Below are positions 17,979-28,288 of a stretch of 57,841 bases of DNA, piece after piece. The stretch comes from a virus (Duplodnaviria; Caudoviricetes): positions 1-57,841 of the IMG/VR virus record IMGVR_UViG_3300023213_000324. One strand, given 5' to 3'. The position numbers and the translations under genes are program-made. Position 1 is the first letter of the stretch. Each line of letters starts with the position of its first letter. The notes beneath the pieces were generated by a model, which did no database searches, was not told where the DNA came from, and saw only the letters and a program-made list of their open reading frames with translations.

Positions 17979-20186
17979 GTGAAGATACTCGTTACTGGTG
18001 CTTCTGGTTTTATTGGCAGTGCCTTTGTCATTCGTTTACTGGGTACCACCCAGTATTCTGTTGTTGCACTTACTCGGTGGACTGAAAAGAAGAACTACGC
18101 TAGACTACACGGTCCAGTTCGTGGAACTATTGTCAAGAAGGCTGAAGATGATGGTAGGTTGCGAGTGGTTTGTGGTGATTTACTACAGGACGTTTCCGGT
18201 CTCTGTGAAGGATGTGATGCTGTTATAAATTTTGCCGCGAAAACTTTTGTTGATCATTGCTATTCTGCCGATACAGAAGTTCTGACTAAACGTGGTTGGT
18301 TGTTTTGGCCTGAGGTAAAAGATGACGACATATTTGCTACACGCCATCCTAAAAGTGGATTGTTTCAATGGCAGAATGCTTTTGAAGTAGTTAGGGCTCC
18401 GTACGAAGGAGCTATGCTCAGATTTTCAGGAAAAAGTTTGGATTTGTTGGTAACACCAAATCATCGTATGATTGGTAGAAAAGTAGTTGATACTAGGAAC
18501 TGGGTTTTGGGGAAAGAAGAGATTTTGAAAGCTAGAGATGTAGCTTCTATGCCTGTTTGTCATAGAGGAGTACCTTTTAGATTACCATCTGTTGTTTCTG
18601 GCTGGAATGGTAAGAAGGTAGATTCTACAATCTATTTGAGTCTTTTGGATGATTTTGGAGTTAAGTATAGTCGTAAATCGTATTCTTTGCAGCTTAGAGA
18701 TTGGGTGGCTTTTTTGGGCTTATTTATTGCTGAGGGGTTTGTCGCTGGGACTTTAAGAAAAGAGAAGACAAATCGCCAGAAAAAGCCTTTGTTTGTTAGA
18801 GCTATAGCAGCCTCTTCTAGCGAAGAGAAGACAATCCCAGTAGCTAAAGGTCATTATTCTGTTTCTATTTGCCAATCATTTTCTAGTCGGCATATTACAA
18901 AGATAAGAGCTTTGTTGAAAAGGTTACCGTGGAGGTTTAGTTTCCAAAAAAATAGCTTTACTACTTCGAACAAAGTCTTATATTCAAATCTTTCTGTTCT
19001 TGGAAATTCTTATACAAAAAGAGTCCCACAATGGTTAAAAGAATTACCTACTGAATATTTGGAAGAGTTTGTTAAGTGGGCTTGTATGGGTGATGGTTGG
19101 GTTGGGAGCAGGAAAAGTGGGCGCTCATATTCTTATTCTACAGTTTGTCGTGGTTTGTCTGAAGATATGTTAGAGATTTTTCAGAAGTTGGGGATGGCAG
19201 CCAGCCTGGGTGTAAGCTCTGTGCCGTTGAAAGTTAGGCGTTTTGTTGGGAAGGGTTTATCAGATATAGCTCCATTGTATCAAGTTCGGGGTAGATCGAA
19301 GATGGTAGTAGCGATTTCTAAAGCTTGTGAAGAACAATACAAAGGAGTAGTTTATTGTGCAGAAGTTCCGAATGGTAGCTTGTTTATAAGGACTAAAAGA
19401 AGGAATAGTTACTATCCAGTATGGTGTGGAAACTCGATAAGAGACCCTTGGCCATTTATCAATACCAATGTCGTAGGAACGTACAGGATTCTCGAAGACG
19501 CTAGAAAACAAGGAGTCAAATATTTCATTCAAGTCTCGACGGATGAAGTTTACGGTGCGATACTCGATGGTGCCTACAGTGAAGATTCTAGAATCAATCC
19601 TACGAACCCGTATGCTGCTTCGAAGGCCGGTGCCGATGCTTTGGTTATATCGTATGCGCATACGTTCGGGATGTGGACGGCTGTAACTAGAACTGAGAAC
19701 AACTATGGGCCGTTTCAGCATCCGCAGAAGGTGTTTCCGACTTTTGTGGGTAAGGCACTTAGAGGCGAGAAACTTCCTGTTTATGGTGATGGAAAACATC
19801 GGAGGCAATGGCTTTGGGTTGATGACCATGTTGACGCGATCCTCAAATTATTGTCTCGTGCCATAGAAGGTGAAATTCATTACGGTGACAAGATAAGTTC
19901 CGGGCAAGTGTTTCATGTTGCTGGTTCTCAAGAGTTGGAGAATTTGGAGCTTGCCAGAAAGGTTCTTGATGTCCTTGTCGCAAAGAAGAGCATTCCTTCT
20001 TATGGAGACTATGACAGTTGGATAGAGATGATTCCTGATCATAATATTCGTCCGGGTCATGATAGAAGGTATGCTTTGGTTTGCGACAAGATGCAAAGTT
20101 TGGGTTGGTCGCCTAAAGTTTCTTTGCAGGAGGGAATAGAAAGAGCTGTGGCGTGGTATGCCGAAAACAGGTGGTGGCTTTCTTGA
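17979..20186 (+). CDS. rmlB: dTDP-glucose 4,6-dehydratase containing an intein
   Basis: TGASGFIG, STDEVYG, PYAASKAGAD, NNYGPFQHPQK, RPGHDRRYA. Confidence 0.92.
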   Translation: MKILVTGASGFIGSAFVIRLLGTTQYSVVALTRWTEKKNYARLHGPVRGTIVKKAEDDGRLRVVCGDLLQDVSGLCEGCDAVINFAAKTFVDHCYSADTEVLTKRGWLFWPEVKDDDIFATRHPKSGLFQWQNAFEVVRAPYEGAMLRFSGKSLDLLVTPNHRMIGRKVVDTRNWVLGKEEILKARDVASMPVCHRGVPFRLPSVVSGWNGKKVDSTIYLSLLDDFGVKYSRKSYSLQLRDWVAFLGLFIAEGFVAGTLRKEKTNRQKKPLFVRAIAASSSEEKTIPVAKGHYSVSICQSFSSRHITKIRALLKRLPWRFSFQKNSFTTSNKVLYSNLSVLGNSYTKRVPQWLKELPTEYLEEFVKWACMGDGWVGSRKSGRSYSYSTVCRGLSEDMLEIFQKLGMAASLGVSSVPLKVRRFVGKGLSDIAPLYQVRGRSKMVVAISKACEEQYKGVVYCAEVPNGSLFIRTKRRNSYYPVWCGNSIRDPWPFINTNVVGTYRILEDARKQGVKYFIQVSTDEVYGAILDGAYSEDSRINPTNPYAASKAGADALVISYAHTFGMWTAVTRTENNYGPFQHPQKVFPTFVGKALRGEKLPVYGDGKHRRQWLWVDDHVDAILKLLSRAIEGEIHYGDKISSGQVFHVAGSQELENLELARKVLDVLVAKKSIPSYGDYDSWIEMIPDHNIRPGHDRRYALVCDKMQSLGWSPKVSLQEGIERAVAWYAENRWWLS
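18258..19433 (+). mobile_element. Intein with LAGLIDADG homing endonuclease in RmlB (392 aa)
   Basis: N-junction VDH|CYSADTEVLTKRGW; block B VTPNHRM; FLGLFIAEG and MGDG motifs; C-junction WCGN|S. Confidence 0.9.
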
Positions 20187-20201
20187 AAAGGAGCATAATC
20201 C

Positions 20202-20804
20202 ATGTCCAGCGATATGATTGCTTGCCGTGGTTGCGGATTGTCTCAGCCGATGTCCGCCAGCGAATATTGCCGAAACTGCCAACATGCATTGACGCTACTC
20301 CGATATCTGGACGATCAGTTTCCTGAATGGCGACCGGTGTACGAAAGACGTAGGGGAAGACACGTCACAACTATTTCGGCATCATCGATCAGGAAAAGAA
20401 CCTCAAAGCGGTTTGCTATTGAATTAGGAGTTCGTCTGCGTATGCTGAGAGAAACGCAGGGCAAAACACGTGAAGATATGAAACGTGTTATGCAATCTAG
20501 CTCCCTCAGTCGTGTTGAGAACGGTGTTCATTACCCTAGCCTTCACACGTTGGAGTTGTATTCCAAAGAATTTGGTGTGGATCTACACGACTTGCTTTCC
20601 TTACAGCCGCCGGCCGAAACCAATATCTTGCAAGATCCGTTTGTAAAGGAAGTAGCGATACTTATGCGTGCCGTCTCGTGGCCTCATTGGGTTGAGTTGA
20701 TTATAGCGATGAAGAAAATGACGATGTCATTGGGTGTCGAAGCTTTGCGGTTCAGGGCTCAAATAGAAAGAGAGTATTGTATGGAGTTGGTTGCTGAACT
20801 TTAG
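20202..20804 (+). CDS. XRE-family HTH regulator with N-terminal Zn ribbon
   Basis: LGVRLRMLRETQGKTREDM...SSLSRVENGVHYPSLHTL; CRGC..CRNC. Confidence 0.8.
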   Translation: MSSDMIACRGCGLSQPMSASEYCRNCQHALTLLRYLDDQFPEWRPVYERRRGRHVTTISASSIRKRTSKRFAIELGVRLRMLRETQGKTREDMKRVMQSSSLSRVENGVHYPSLHTLELYSKEFGVDLHDLLSLQPPAETNILQDPFVKEVAILMRAVSWPHWVELIIAMKKMTMSLGVEALRFRAQIEREYCMELVAEL

Positions 20805-20995
20805 AAAGGAAAATAGACCGATGGAAAAAGTATTTTGTGACATATGCAGTAAAGAAATGAAGGATAGAAATACGGTTGAAGTCTACGATGCCGAGAAAGA
20901 TGATATGTCTTTGGCCTTTGATGTTTGTAAACCTTGTGAGAACAAAGTTGTTAAGGCATTGAATGCTTTGAAAAAATCTGTAAAGTAGGAAGGAC
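20804..20995 (+). repeat. 192-bp exact repeat, copy 1 (copy 2 at 47884-48075)
   Basis: Base-by-base comparison shows identity. Confidence 0.95.
20821..20988 (+). CDS. Small Zn-finger protein, copy 1
   Basis: MEKVFCDICSKE...DVCKPCE; AAGGA RBS. Confidence 0.75.
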   Translation: MEKVFCDICSKEMKDRNTVEVYDAEKDDMSLAFDVCKPCENKVVKALNALKKSVK

Positions 20996-21003
20996 AAAAT
21001 CTG

Positions 21004-21798
21004 ATGAATAAGTTGTTGTGTACCTTTAGTGGCAAAACTGGAGACATACTTTGGTCTCTGGCGACCATTCATTATCTCTGGAAGAGACGTCTGAGTTTGA
21101 TTGAGGGTGGTAAAGAAGAGTTGGCGAAGATTGATTTTGCCTGTATGCCTCAATACGAAAAACTTTTGCCCTTGATCAAGGCCCAGCCCTACATTTCTGA
21201 CGCCTTCATTTTGAAGGATTGGATTTGTCAGGGTAGTCCGTTTGGTGATCAGCCGTGGTTGCCGCCTACCATTCCGCCGAATAATTACGATGATGTGATG
21301 CATCTCACGTATAAGTACCACCCTAACGGCGAAACGTTGGTCGATCATATTGCCAGGCAATACATGTTGAAGTTGCCTGACATTTGCTCACCGTTCATTT
21401 ATGTACCTGAAGTGTCGAGGTTGTTGTTTCAGAAGCCGACAATCGTTTATGGTTTCAATTGGATGGGATCGACACAGAAAGACGTATTTCTGAAATCCCT
21501 TTTCAAGCATCTGGAAGAAAAAGGTTTGGAGTTTACCTTTGTTGATTCGACTTTGTTGGATTGGTTAACAGCTGCTGCTGCAATGAAGGCTGGGGTCTTT
21601 TTCATCGGTTGTCGTTCTGCCAACTACGTTCTTGCTCATGGTTTAGGTAAGAAAGTGTTATGTTTCGAACCAGCACCTGAAAGACGACCCAGTACGTTTG
21701 GTTTTGGTTCTCATGGAACTGAATGTATGCCGGACGTGACGGATTTTCAGGCGTTTGTAAAACAGGCTGAAGAGTGGCTGAAAGGAGTTGTAGAATGA
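21004..21798 (+). CDS. GT9 (heptosyltransferase)-like glycosyltransferase
   Basis: GKTGDILWSLATI; FFIGCRSANYVLAHGLGK. Confidence 0.7.
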   Translation: MNKLLCTFSGKTGDILWSLATIHYLWKRRLSLIEGGKEELAKIDFACMPQYEKLLPLIKAQPYISDAFILKDWICQGSPFGDQPWLPPTIPPNNYDDVMHLTYKYHPNGETLVDHIARQYMLKLPDICSPFIYVPEVSRLLFQKPTIVYGFNWMGSTQKDVFLKSLFKHLEEKGLEFTFVDSTLLDWLTAAAAMKAGVFFIGCRSANYVLAHGLGKKVLCFEPAPERRPSTFGFGSHGTECMPDVTDFQAFVKQAEEWLKGVVE

Positions 21799-22250
21799 GA
21801 GTTGTGAATCCAGGTCCGGGTGAGCTGTACGATAGGTTGTCAATTCTTGCTTTGAAGGTCCAGTATGGGAAAGAAAAGAACATCGATGTATCTGATTGGG
21901 AGCAAGAAGAGTACGAAGTGTTGTGTGCTATAAGTGCCCACTTTACCGTCGATAGTTCGAAGATTAAGGTTTCTGGATCTAAAGACAATTTACAGTTAGT
22001 TGGTGAGTTGAATGCTGTGAACAAGAATGTGTGGGTCGCCATAGACCAACAAAGAGAATACCAGAAAGTCGATTTACATTCTGCCAGTGAGCCTACTTTG
22101 CGTGAGATTGCCAGACTTGGTTTGTATGTTATGGAGATGAACGATGTCAGAGCGAAGTTAATCGGAGAAATCAATGAGCTCTATGGCATCAAACGGACAG
22201 AAAAAATTCCCTATTCATCTGGTAACTTTGAAAACGTTGGTAGAAGATAG
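21795..22250 (+). CDS. DUF6165-like protein
   Basis: GELYDRLSILALK...NDVRAKLIGEINEL. Confidence 0.65.
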   Translation: MRVVNPGPGELYDRLSILALKVQYGKEKNIDVSDWEQEEYEVLCAISAHFTVDSSKIKVSGSKDNLQLVGELNAVNKNVWVAIDQQREYQKVDLHSASEPTLREIARLGLYVMEMNDVRAKLIGEINELYGIKRTEKIPYSSGNFENVGRR

Positions 22251-22482
22251 GTGGGCTGTTGCAGGAGAATTGCTTTCGTCTTTGAGAGATGCTGAATGTT
22301 TTTGTATAGATATTAGTCCGTCATGTTTGCGTTGTCCATTTTGTCATCAGTTGGTGTCGATGACAAAAGCTACTTTACGTCTGGGAGTAGACGGAAGGAT
22401 TCTTGAAGACGTTGTATTGGAACATGAATCTTGTACAATACAAATAGTGGACGGAGTCGCGTCGAAAGTGGGTGTGGGGTGA
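22174..22482 (+). CDS. Hypothetical protein
   Basis: Fills the gap; CPFC motif; start uncertain. Confidence 0.45.
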   Translation: MSSMASNGQKKFPIHLVTLKTLVEDRWAVAGELLSSLRDAECFCIDISPSCLRCPFCHQLVSMTKATLRLGVDGRILEDVVLEHESCTIQIVDGVASKVGVG

Positions 22483-22961
22483 CAGAGCTCGAGTTGCTCA
22501 TTTCCAAAAATGCCAATGTTGCTAGAGGTATCGTTGTCAAAATGCTAAGACGATATCCTGACGACGTTGATGATGTATTGCAAAATGCTGCGATAAAAGT
22601 TTTTCGTTTCTCGCGAACGTTTCGTGCCGAGTCGTCTTGGAGGACGTGGTACTGTAGAATCGTTATACGTGAAGCATTGATGATGCTTCGCAAGAAAGCT
22701 TCAGAAAGATTTTGTCCTCTTGAAGATGTTGTTCAGTATTTTCATGGGAATCCCACCGTTAGGTTTTCCGATCGGTTTGAAGTTCGTAGAGAGCTGTATA
22801 GAGGTGTGCGTTTGCTTTCGCCCAAGAGGCGTGGTGCTATCCTTATGTATTTACTGGGTGTGGAGCAGACAGACAATACTTTGAAGAGTCGTAGGTTCCA
22901 GGCCAGGTCTTCTCTGAAGAAGTATTTTGCTGAGCGAGGTTTCTTGGAAGAGGTTGTATGA
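22479..22961 (+). CDS. ECF-type sigma-70 family factor
   Basis: DVDDVLQNAAIKVFR...FRAESSWRTWYCRIVIREALMMLRK (region 2); LSPKRR...TLKSRRFQAR (reduced region 4). Confidence 0.85.
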   Translation: MTELELLISKNANVARGIVVKMLRRYPDDVDDVLQNAAIKVFRFSRTFRAESSWRTWYCRIVIREALMMLRKKASERFCPLEDVVQYFHGNPTVRFSDRFEVRRELYRGVRLLSPKRRGAILMYLLGVEQTDNTLKSRRFQARSSLKKYFAERGFLEEVV

Positions 22962-24007
22962 AGAATGCTTTGGTTTTCGGTGCCAATGGCCAGGCTGGTT
23001 CGTATATGTGTCAGTTTTTGTTGGATAAGGGCTATACTGTTGTTGGGACAGTTCGTGAGAGTCTTAACACTTCTACTACACATAAAAACGTTGGAAAAGT
23101 TTGTGACTATGCTACTTCCGATGTTGGGCGTAGGTTTTTTATTCAGGGTTCAGTGGATGTAACGATGTATGGCGAAGTTTTTACTATTCTGACTCGCCCT
23201 TTTGGTTATGCTGTTGAGAACTTTGACGAAGTTTATAATTTCACCGGAAAGATGTTCGCTCCTGATTCTTGGCGAGAGCCTAATAAGTATATTGAAGTGA
23301 ATGGCTTGTCGGTTGTTCCTATGCTGCAGGCTTTAGTGCATACTGAAACGAAATTTTTCAACGCCGGTTCTGCTGAGATGTTTGACAAGAGTACAATCTA
23401 TCAAGATGAACAGACGAAGAGAGCACCAGAGAATCCCTATGGGTGGGCAAAGTATTTAGCTGAAGGGCTAGTTGCTTCGTACAGAAAGAAGTATGGGATG
23501 TTTGCTTGTACTGGAATCTTTTTCAATATGGAATCTCCTCGTAGGCCACAGTCGTTCTTTGCACAAAAAGTGGCTTGGGGAGTTGCTCGTGCTAAAAGAC
23601 AGACGTTAAACCATCAAGTAGTTGATCAGTTGAAGTTCGGAAAACTATCTGCTGTAAGAGACTGGGGCTGGACTCCTAATTACGTTGAGGCAGCTTGGAG
23701 AATACTTCAAGCCGCTGAACCAAAAGACTACGTTATAGGAACTGGTTCTTGTTTTACTTGTAAGAATATGCTCGAGGAGGCTTTGTCTGCTGCTGGGTTT
23801 TCTAAAGACGTAGATTCTACGCCTTGGATTACTTACGAAGGTGGTTCGTCTGGCGATTACGATTCAATGTGTGCGAATCCTAAAGCTATTTCTAACGACC
23901 TTTGTTGGGAAGCGTCTTACACCATGCCTGATGTTGTAAAGATGCTGGTCGAACAAGAGTTAAAGAACGAAGGGGTGTTGGTTGACCAAAGTCATTTTGA
24001 TAGATAG
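22958..24007 (+). CDS. gmd: GDP-mannose 4,6-dehydratase-like SDR (divergent copy)
   Basis: GANGQAGSY, PENPYGWAK, FNMESPRR, RDWGW. Confidence 0.8.
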   Translation: MKNALVFGANGQAGSYMCQFLLDKGYTVVGTVRESLNTSTTHKNVGKVCDYATSDVGRRFFIQGSVDVTMYGEVFTILTRPFGYAVENFDEVYNFTGKMFAPDSWREPNKYIEVNGLSVVPMLQALVHTETKFFNAGSAEMFDKSTIYQDEQTKRAPENPYGWAKYLAEGLVASYRKKYGMFACTGIFFNMESPRRPQSFFAQKVAWGVARAKRQTLNHQVVDQLKFGKLSAVRDWGWTPNYVEAAWRILQAAEPKDYVIGTGSCFTCKNMLEEALSAAGFSKDVDSTPWITYEGGSSGDYDSMCANPKAISNDLCWEASYTMPDVVKMLVEQELKNEGVLVDQSHFDR

Positions 24008-25415
24008 CCCTAGTTGGCGGCTTTTCGATCCGCGGCTACATTTGCACCTCGGAATTTTGTATTTGGCTGGGTCTTTGCGTGCTGCTAGCCATAATGTACA
24101 AGTTGTTGATTGCCACGAAGTAACGACGTGGGATGGTAAGACGCTTGGTATAAAGCAAGAGTTGTTGGAGCCGTGTGATGTACTAGGCGTCTCTGCTACA
24201 ACTGCTAACGTTCATTGGGGTCAGCAGTTGGCAAAAGCTTGGCCAGCGAAAGTTAAAGTGCTGGGTGGTACTCATGTTACCCATATCATGGAGGGGCCTC
24301 ATGAGCGTTTTCGTCAAGCCAAGTACTTTGAAGGTTTTGATTATGTCATGCACGGCGAGTGCGAAGAATCCTTCGTACAATTCTGTACAGCTATCGGCGG
24401 GGGGCTTGACGTTAGAAGATTGTTTATCCCAGGTCTCGTCTGGTGGGATCAGTTTGGGCGACAGCAAATGCCAGCTCCATCTCTTCCCGATGTCACTAAA
24501 AACCCCGGGCCGGCGTTTGACCTTTGGAAGTCTGGGTTTTTGAAAGGCGCTTTGTCTAGTCCGTCAGCTCATGGAAGGCAGTTGAATGCTAATCAGTTGA
24601 TGACAGCTTCTCTCTATAGCTCTAGGGGATGTCCATTCGGGTGCACTTTCTGTGCTGATGCGAGGACGAAACTCCGTGAAGAAACCATTGAGCAGACTAC
24701 GTCGCAAATCAAAATGTTGGCGGAACTCGGTGTACAGGCCATACGCATTCAGGACGACACTTTTACCATCAAAGAAAGTAGATGCAGAGAAATTGCCGAC
24801 GTTCTCCAATTCTATGGAATGCGGTGGAGAGCAACTACCAGAGTCAACTTGCGAAACGCAGAACTGTTCCACTACATGGCCGAAAGAGGTTGCACAGAAC
24901 TCGGTTTTGGGATCGAGCACGGAAGTGCCAGAATGTTGAAAGCCATGAACAAAGGTACTACTCCTGAAGCGAATGAAGTTGGTGTAAAGATGTGCCAGGA
25001 GGCTGGGATGTTTGCAAGAGCGTTTCTGATGATTGGCTTTCCGGGTGAGACTGAAGAGTCGATTGAAGAAATGAAAGAGTGGGTGGATCGTGTTAGACCG
25101 GATGCAGTTACATTCTCTATTTTTCAGCCGTTCCCAGGCTCAGCGGTGTGGAATCAGCCTGAAAAATTTGGAGTGTCTATACTAGACGGGAGTTTTGATA
25201 AGTTCTGGCAGCTCGGGCTTGAAGGAACTGAAGAGGAGCTTATCCTATCCCTACCTAGCCTGTCGAAAGATAAATTGCTCAGAGCTAGACGAGAGCTTGG
25301 GGATTGGTTTGATAGAGAGATTGGAAATCGTGACCGCACACGGTTACATGGGAACATTGGAACTTTTGGGCCAAGAGTGATTGACGCTGGTTTACAGTCG
25401 GAGTCCTGTGTATGA
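23982..25415 (+). CDS. B12-binding radical SAM protein
   Basis: HLGILYLAG, GGTHVT, GECE, SRGCPFGCTFC, MIGFPGET. Confidence 0.9.
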   Translation: MTKVILIDSPSWRLFDPRLHLHLGILYLAGSLRAASHNVQVVDCHEVTTWDGKTLGIKQELLEPCDVLGVSATTANVHWGQQLAKAWPAKVKVLGGTHVTHIMEGPHERFRQAKYFEGFDYVMHGECEESFVQFCTAIGGGLDVRRLFIPGLVWWDQFGRQQMPAPSLPDVTKNPGPAFDLWKSGFLKGALSSPSAHGRQLNANQLMTASLYSSRGCPFGCTFCADARTKLREETIEQTTSQIKMLAELGVQAIRIQDDTFTIKESRCREIADVLQFYGMRWRATTRVNLRNAELFHYMAERGCTELGFGIEHGSARMLKAMNKGTTPEANEVGVKMCQEAGMFARAFLMIGFPGETEESIEEMKEWVDRVRPDAVTFSIFQPFPGSAVWNQPEKFGVSILDGSFDKFWQLGLEGTEEELILSLPSLSKDKLLRARRELGDWFDREIGNRDRTRLHGNIGTFGPRVIDAGLQSESCV

Positions 25416-25531
25416 TGAAAGACTGGTTCGATAAGAACTACAAGTCTTTGATGTTAAGCTTCATGATTGTAGAGCTTGCAGCTTTGCTGTGGATCGCTTT
25501 GGTCGATACTTACGTGGCGTTTTTCAAATGA
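25412..25531 (+). CDS. Small membrane peptide (39 aa)
   Basis: Manual translation MMKDWFDKNYKSLMLSFMIVELAALLWIALVDTYVAFFK; ATGA overlaps at both ends. Confidence 0.5.
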   Translation: MMKDWFDKNYKSLMLSFMIVELAALLWIALVDTYVAFFK

Positions 25532-25821
25532 GCCCTTTGACTTGGCTTAGAGAACTGATTGAGAAACATTGGGTCATTACTGTCTGTGTACCGTTAATTG
25601 GTTTGGTTGTTAGATTGTTGATAGCGCTTAAAGAAAAAAGACGTAGAAAGTATTGGAATAGATTTGAGCCGGTTCCAGAACGTATGTGTGTGAAGATAGG
25701 TTGCTATCGTATAGATAATTTGGTTGAAGTACGGATGTGTTATGATGTAGTAGGAACTGTTGTAGCTTGTCCAGATCATTTAGAGTGGGCAAGAATTAAT
25801 TTTGGAGGGAAAGTTTATTGA
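25528..25821 (+). CDS. Membrane hypothetical protein
   Basis: One TM helix. Confidence 0.55.
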   Translation: MSPLTWLRELIEKHWVITVCVPLIGLVVRLLIALKEKRRRKYWNRFEPVPERMCVKIGCYRIDNLVEVRMCYDVVGTVVACPDHLEWARINFGGKVY

Positions 25822-26768
25822 GAGTTGTCATATTAAGCAATCGTGATGAACAATGTGGTAACTTCACTTATGCTAGAAATCTGTTGAATGCCTTGAAGCA
25901 TTGGTATGACGTAGAGATACTCGACAATGCTCTGTGGACTGCAAATCATGGGAACCCCGATGTGGTGATTATCAATTGGCATCCCGCTAGAGTTTCCACC
26001 AGTACTGAGCATGTGCGGTTTTTGCAGCATACTCATGGAGCTAAAGTTATTTTGTTGCATCAGAATTCCCATGACTCGACTGTACACATAGGCGATGACG
26101 ACATATTGCTCGCTTCTGATGCTGTAGTTGCACATGAGCCGTTGAAGGTAGTTACTGCTGGCGAGAAGAAGCCTAATTTATATTTCATACCGCATGGCAT
26201 ACTTGAATGTAGAGATCTTCACCGATGGGACGGTTCAGTTGTTCCAATTATCGGGACTGCTGGGTTTCAGTTTGACTGGAAAAGGCCAGATGTGACTGTG
26301 GAAGCTGCCCGCTATCTAAAAGTGCAGGCTAGAATCTTTTGTCCGCCTTATCCGGGGTTTGATAGGAACAGGGCAATAGATAGATGGACGACCAGATATA
26401 ATGCCCTTCATGTCGACAGAAATTTTTTGCTTGAGGAACAAGTAATCAGATGCCTTTCCGAACACTTGCTGAATATTTTCTGGTTTCAGTCACAGTCGAT
26501 TCATGATCAGTATGGCCAATCGGGTGCTGTACGGATGGGTATTGCTGCCAGAAGGCCGGTGATTTTGTCTCGTCACAGGAAATTCCTGACGTTGTTTCCT
26601 TATGAAGACGAGTTGTATTTTGCTGATACAGAGGAACAAGTCTATAAATATGCCGAAGAGATTCTAGCCAATCCTTCTGTTGCTAGAGTACCGAATAGAA
26701 TATTCTCTGACATGGGGTGGTCGAAGACGGGTCAGATGTATAAAGAAGTGATTGAGAGTCTTGTATGA
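25818..26768 (+). CDS. GT-B (GT4-like) glycosyltransferase
   Basis: CGNFTYARNL, FIPHGI, SGAVRMGIAARRPVILS. Confidence 0.75.
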   Translation: MRVVILSNRDEQCGNFTYARNLLNALKHWYDVEILDNALWTANHGNPDVVIINWHPARVSTSTEHVRFLQHTHGAKVILLHQNSHDSTVHIGDDDILLASDAVVAHEPLKVVTAGEKKPNLYFIPHGILECRDLHRWDGSVVPIIGTAGFQFDWKRPDVTVEAARYLKVQARIFCPPYPGFDRNRAIDRWTTRYNALHVDRNFLLEEQVIRCLSEHLLNIFWFQSQSIHDQYGQSGAVRMGIAARRPVILSRHRKFLTLFPYEDELYFADTEEQVYKYAEEILANPSVARVPNRIFSDMGWSKTGQMYKEVIESLV

Positions 26769-27547
26769 TCTATTCAAAAGTGATGGAAGATATTGACGAT
26801 CGAGATTTTGAGGGTTTTACATTTTACCTTAAGCTAGTTGAAACAGCATTAGGCGGTTGGGATCCTGTGCAGCATCCCGCACGTCGATGGGAATACACGA
26901 TGATGATGGCTGCATATAGTAAATGGTGTGATTTGGGAAATGTACCAAATTTAGGAAATATGCCAGGTGACCGTGTTTTGAATGTTGCTGATGTTGGTTG
27001 TGGTATAGGTCTGTCACCAATTTTGATGTTGATGTGTGGCCACAATGTAACGATGTATGAGCCGTGGGTGTATGGGGATGAATCTGTTAAGCTTAATAAT
27101 CAGATAGTTAAAGCGAAATCATATTTTGCTGAGCGTCTACAGTCTAGTCGTAAGTGGGGTGAAGCAGTTATTACTAGACGTCCTTTGTGTGAGTTACTCG
27201 ATAGTGATAGGAACGTTTATGATGTTGTCAATTGTATATCCACGATGGAGCATATCGGCGAATACATGCGAGCGTGGAAAGATTTGTTGTCTATGGTCAA
27301 GCCCGGCGGTCTGGTTTTTATCACTACTGATTTTGCTGAGGATGAACAAGACCACTACCGACACGCTAATCTGCGAGCTGGGAAGATGTTTACAGGCAGG
27401 ATCTATGACGATCTACATAGAATAGGTTCTGACATGGGGTTCTATTTGCTGGACGGGGTTTCGAATTGGGTATGGAGTGAAGAATGTCGGTTGGTTAACG
27501 ACTATTCTTTTGCTTCTATGGCTTTGGTTCGGAGAGTTGTAAGTTGA
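26765..27547 (+). CDS. Class I SAM methyltransferase
   Basis: RRWEY, ADVGCG, CISTMEHI, VKPGG. Confidence 0.85.
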   Translation: MIYSKVMEDIDDRDFEGFTFYLKLVETALGGWDPVQHPARRWEYTMMMAAYSKWCDLGNVPNLGNMPGDRVLNVADVGCGIGLSPILMLMCGHNVTMYEPWVYGDESVKLNNQIVKAKSYFAERLQSSRKWGEAVITRRPLCELLDSDRNVYDVVNCISTMEHIGEYMRAWKDLLSMVKPGGLVFITTDFAEDEQDHYRHANLRAGKMFTGRIYDDLHRIGSDMGFYLLDGVSNWVWSEECRLVNDYSFASMALVRRVVS

Positions 27548-27584
27548 AATTTGTAAACGGTCTTAGAAAGTTAGGAGTTATTCC

Positions 27585-28286
27585 ATGAGATTTGGTGTTG
27601 TGTTGCCTACGCATTGCTATAATCATCAGAGGTTCGTTTGGGCTGTTGCTGCTTTCCAAAGTCTTGCGAAAACGATAAGACCTGTTGCGCAACCCGTGCT
27701 ATTGATTATCGAACATCCTGATAGTTTGATGAGAAAGTCGCCACATCTTTTGTATAATCCGCCGGTTTTTAGTATCCATATAGTCGAGCAGCCAGTTGAG
27801 ATTGGCGGAACTGAACAGACTTTGGCTTGGGGCACTGAAAAGCTTTTTATGCAGCATGATGTATGTCACTGTGTGTGGATGGGCGATGATGCTTTGTTTC
27901 ATCCAAACTGGTTGGTTGAATTGGAATCACTTGTTTTACGTCATCCGGACGCGAAGGCATGGTCGGTTTATCGCTCTGCTCATGTTAGGCATCATGCTAC
28001 CATTCGTTTTGATGAACATGATGATGTACTGGTAAAGTCTTTGTGTGGTCATGGTATGACTTTTACCAGAAAAGAATGGACTGAGTGGGGCATCCTTTGG
28101 ACACAGGGACAGAGGTGGCCCGTTCCTTCTGGTGGTAACACTCTGGATTTGCATCATGCTTATCATAGGCCGGGTGAGAGGTGGTGTACAAAAAAGAGCT
28201 ATGTAGAGCATACTGGAACGATAGGCGTAAACGTCGCTCCCGGAATACCAGAACATGCACAGGAGTTTGTTGGTGTAGGAGATTAG
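27585..28286 (+). CDS. GT2-like glycosyltransferase
   Basis: VVLPTH, WMGDDALFHPNWL, SYVEHTG. Confidence 0.7.
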   Translation: MRFGVVLPTHCYNHQRFVWAVAAFQSLAKTIRPVAQPVLLIIEHPDSLMRKSPHLLYNPPVFSIHIVEQPVEIGGTEQTLAWGTEKLFMQHDVCHCVWMGDDALFHPNWLVELESLVLRHPDAKAWSVYRSAHVRHHATIRFDEHDDVLVKSLCGHGMTFTRKEWTEWGILWTQGQRWPVPSGGNTLDLHHAYHRPGERWCTKKSYVEHTGTIGVNVAPGIPEHAQEFVGVGD

Positions 28287-28288
28287 TT

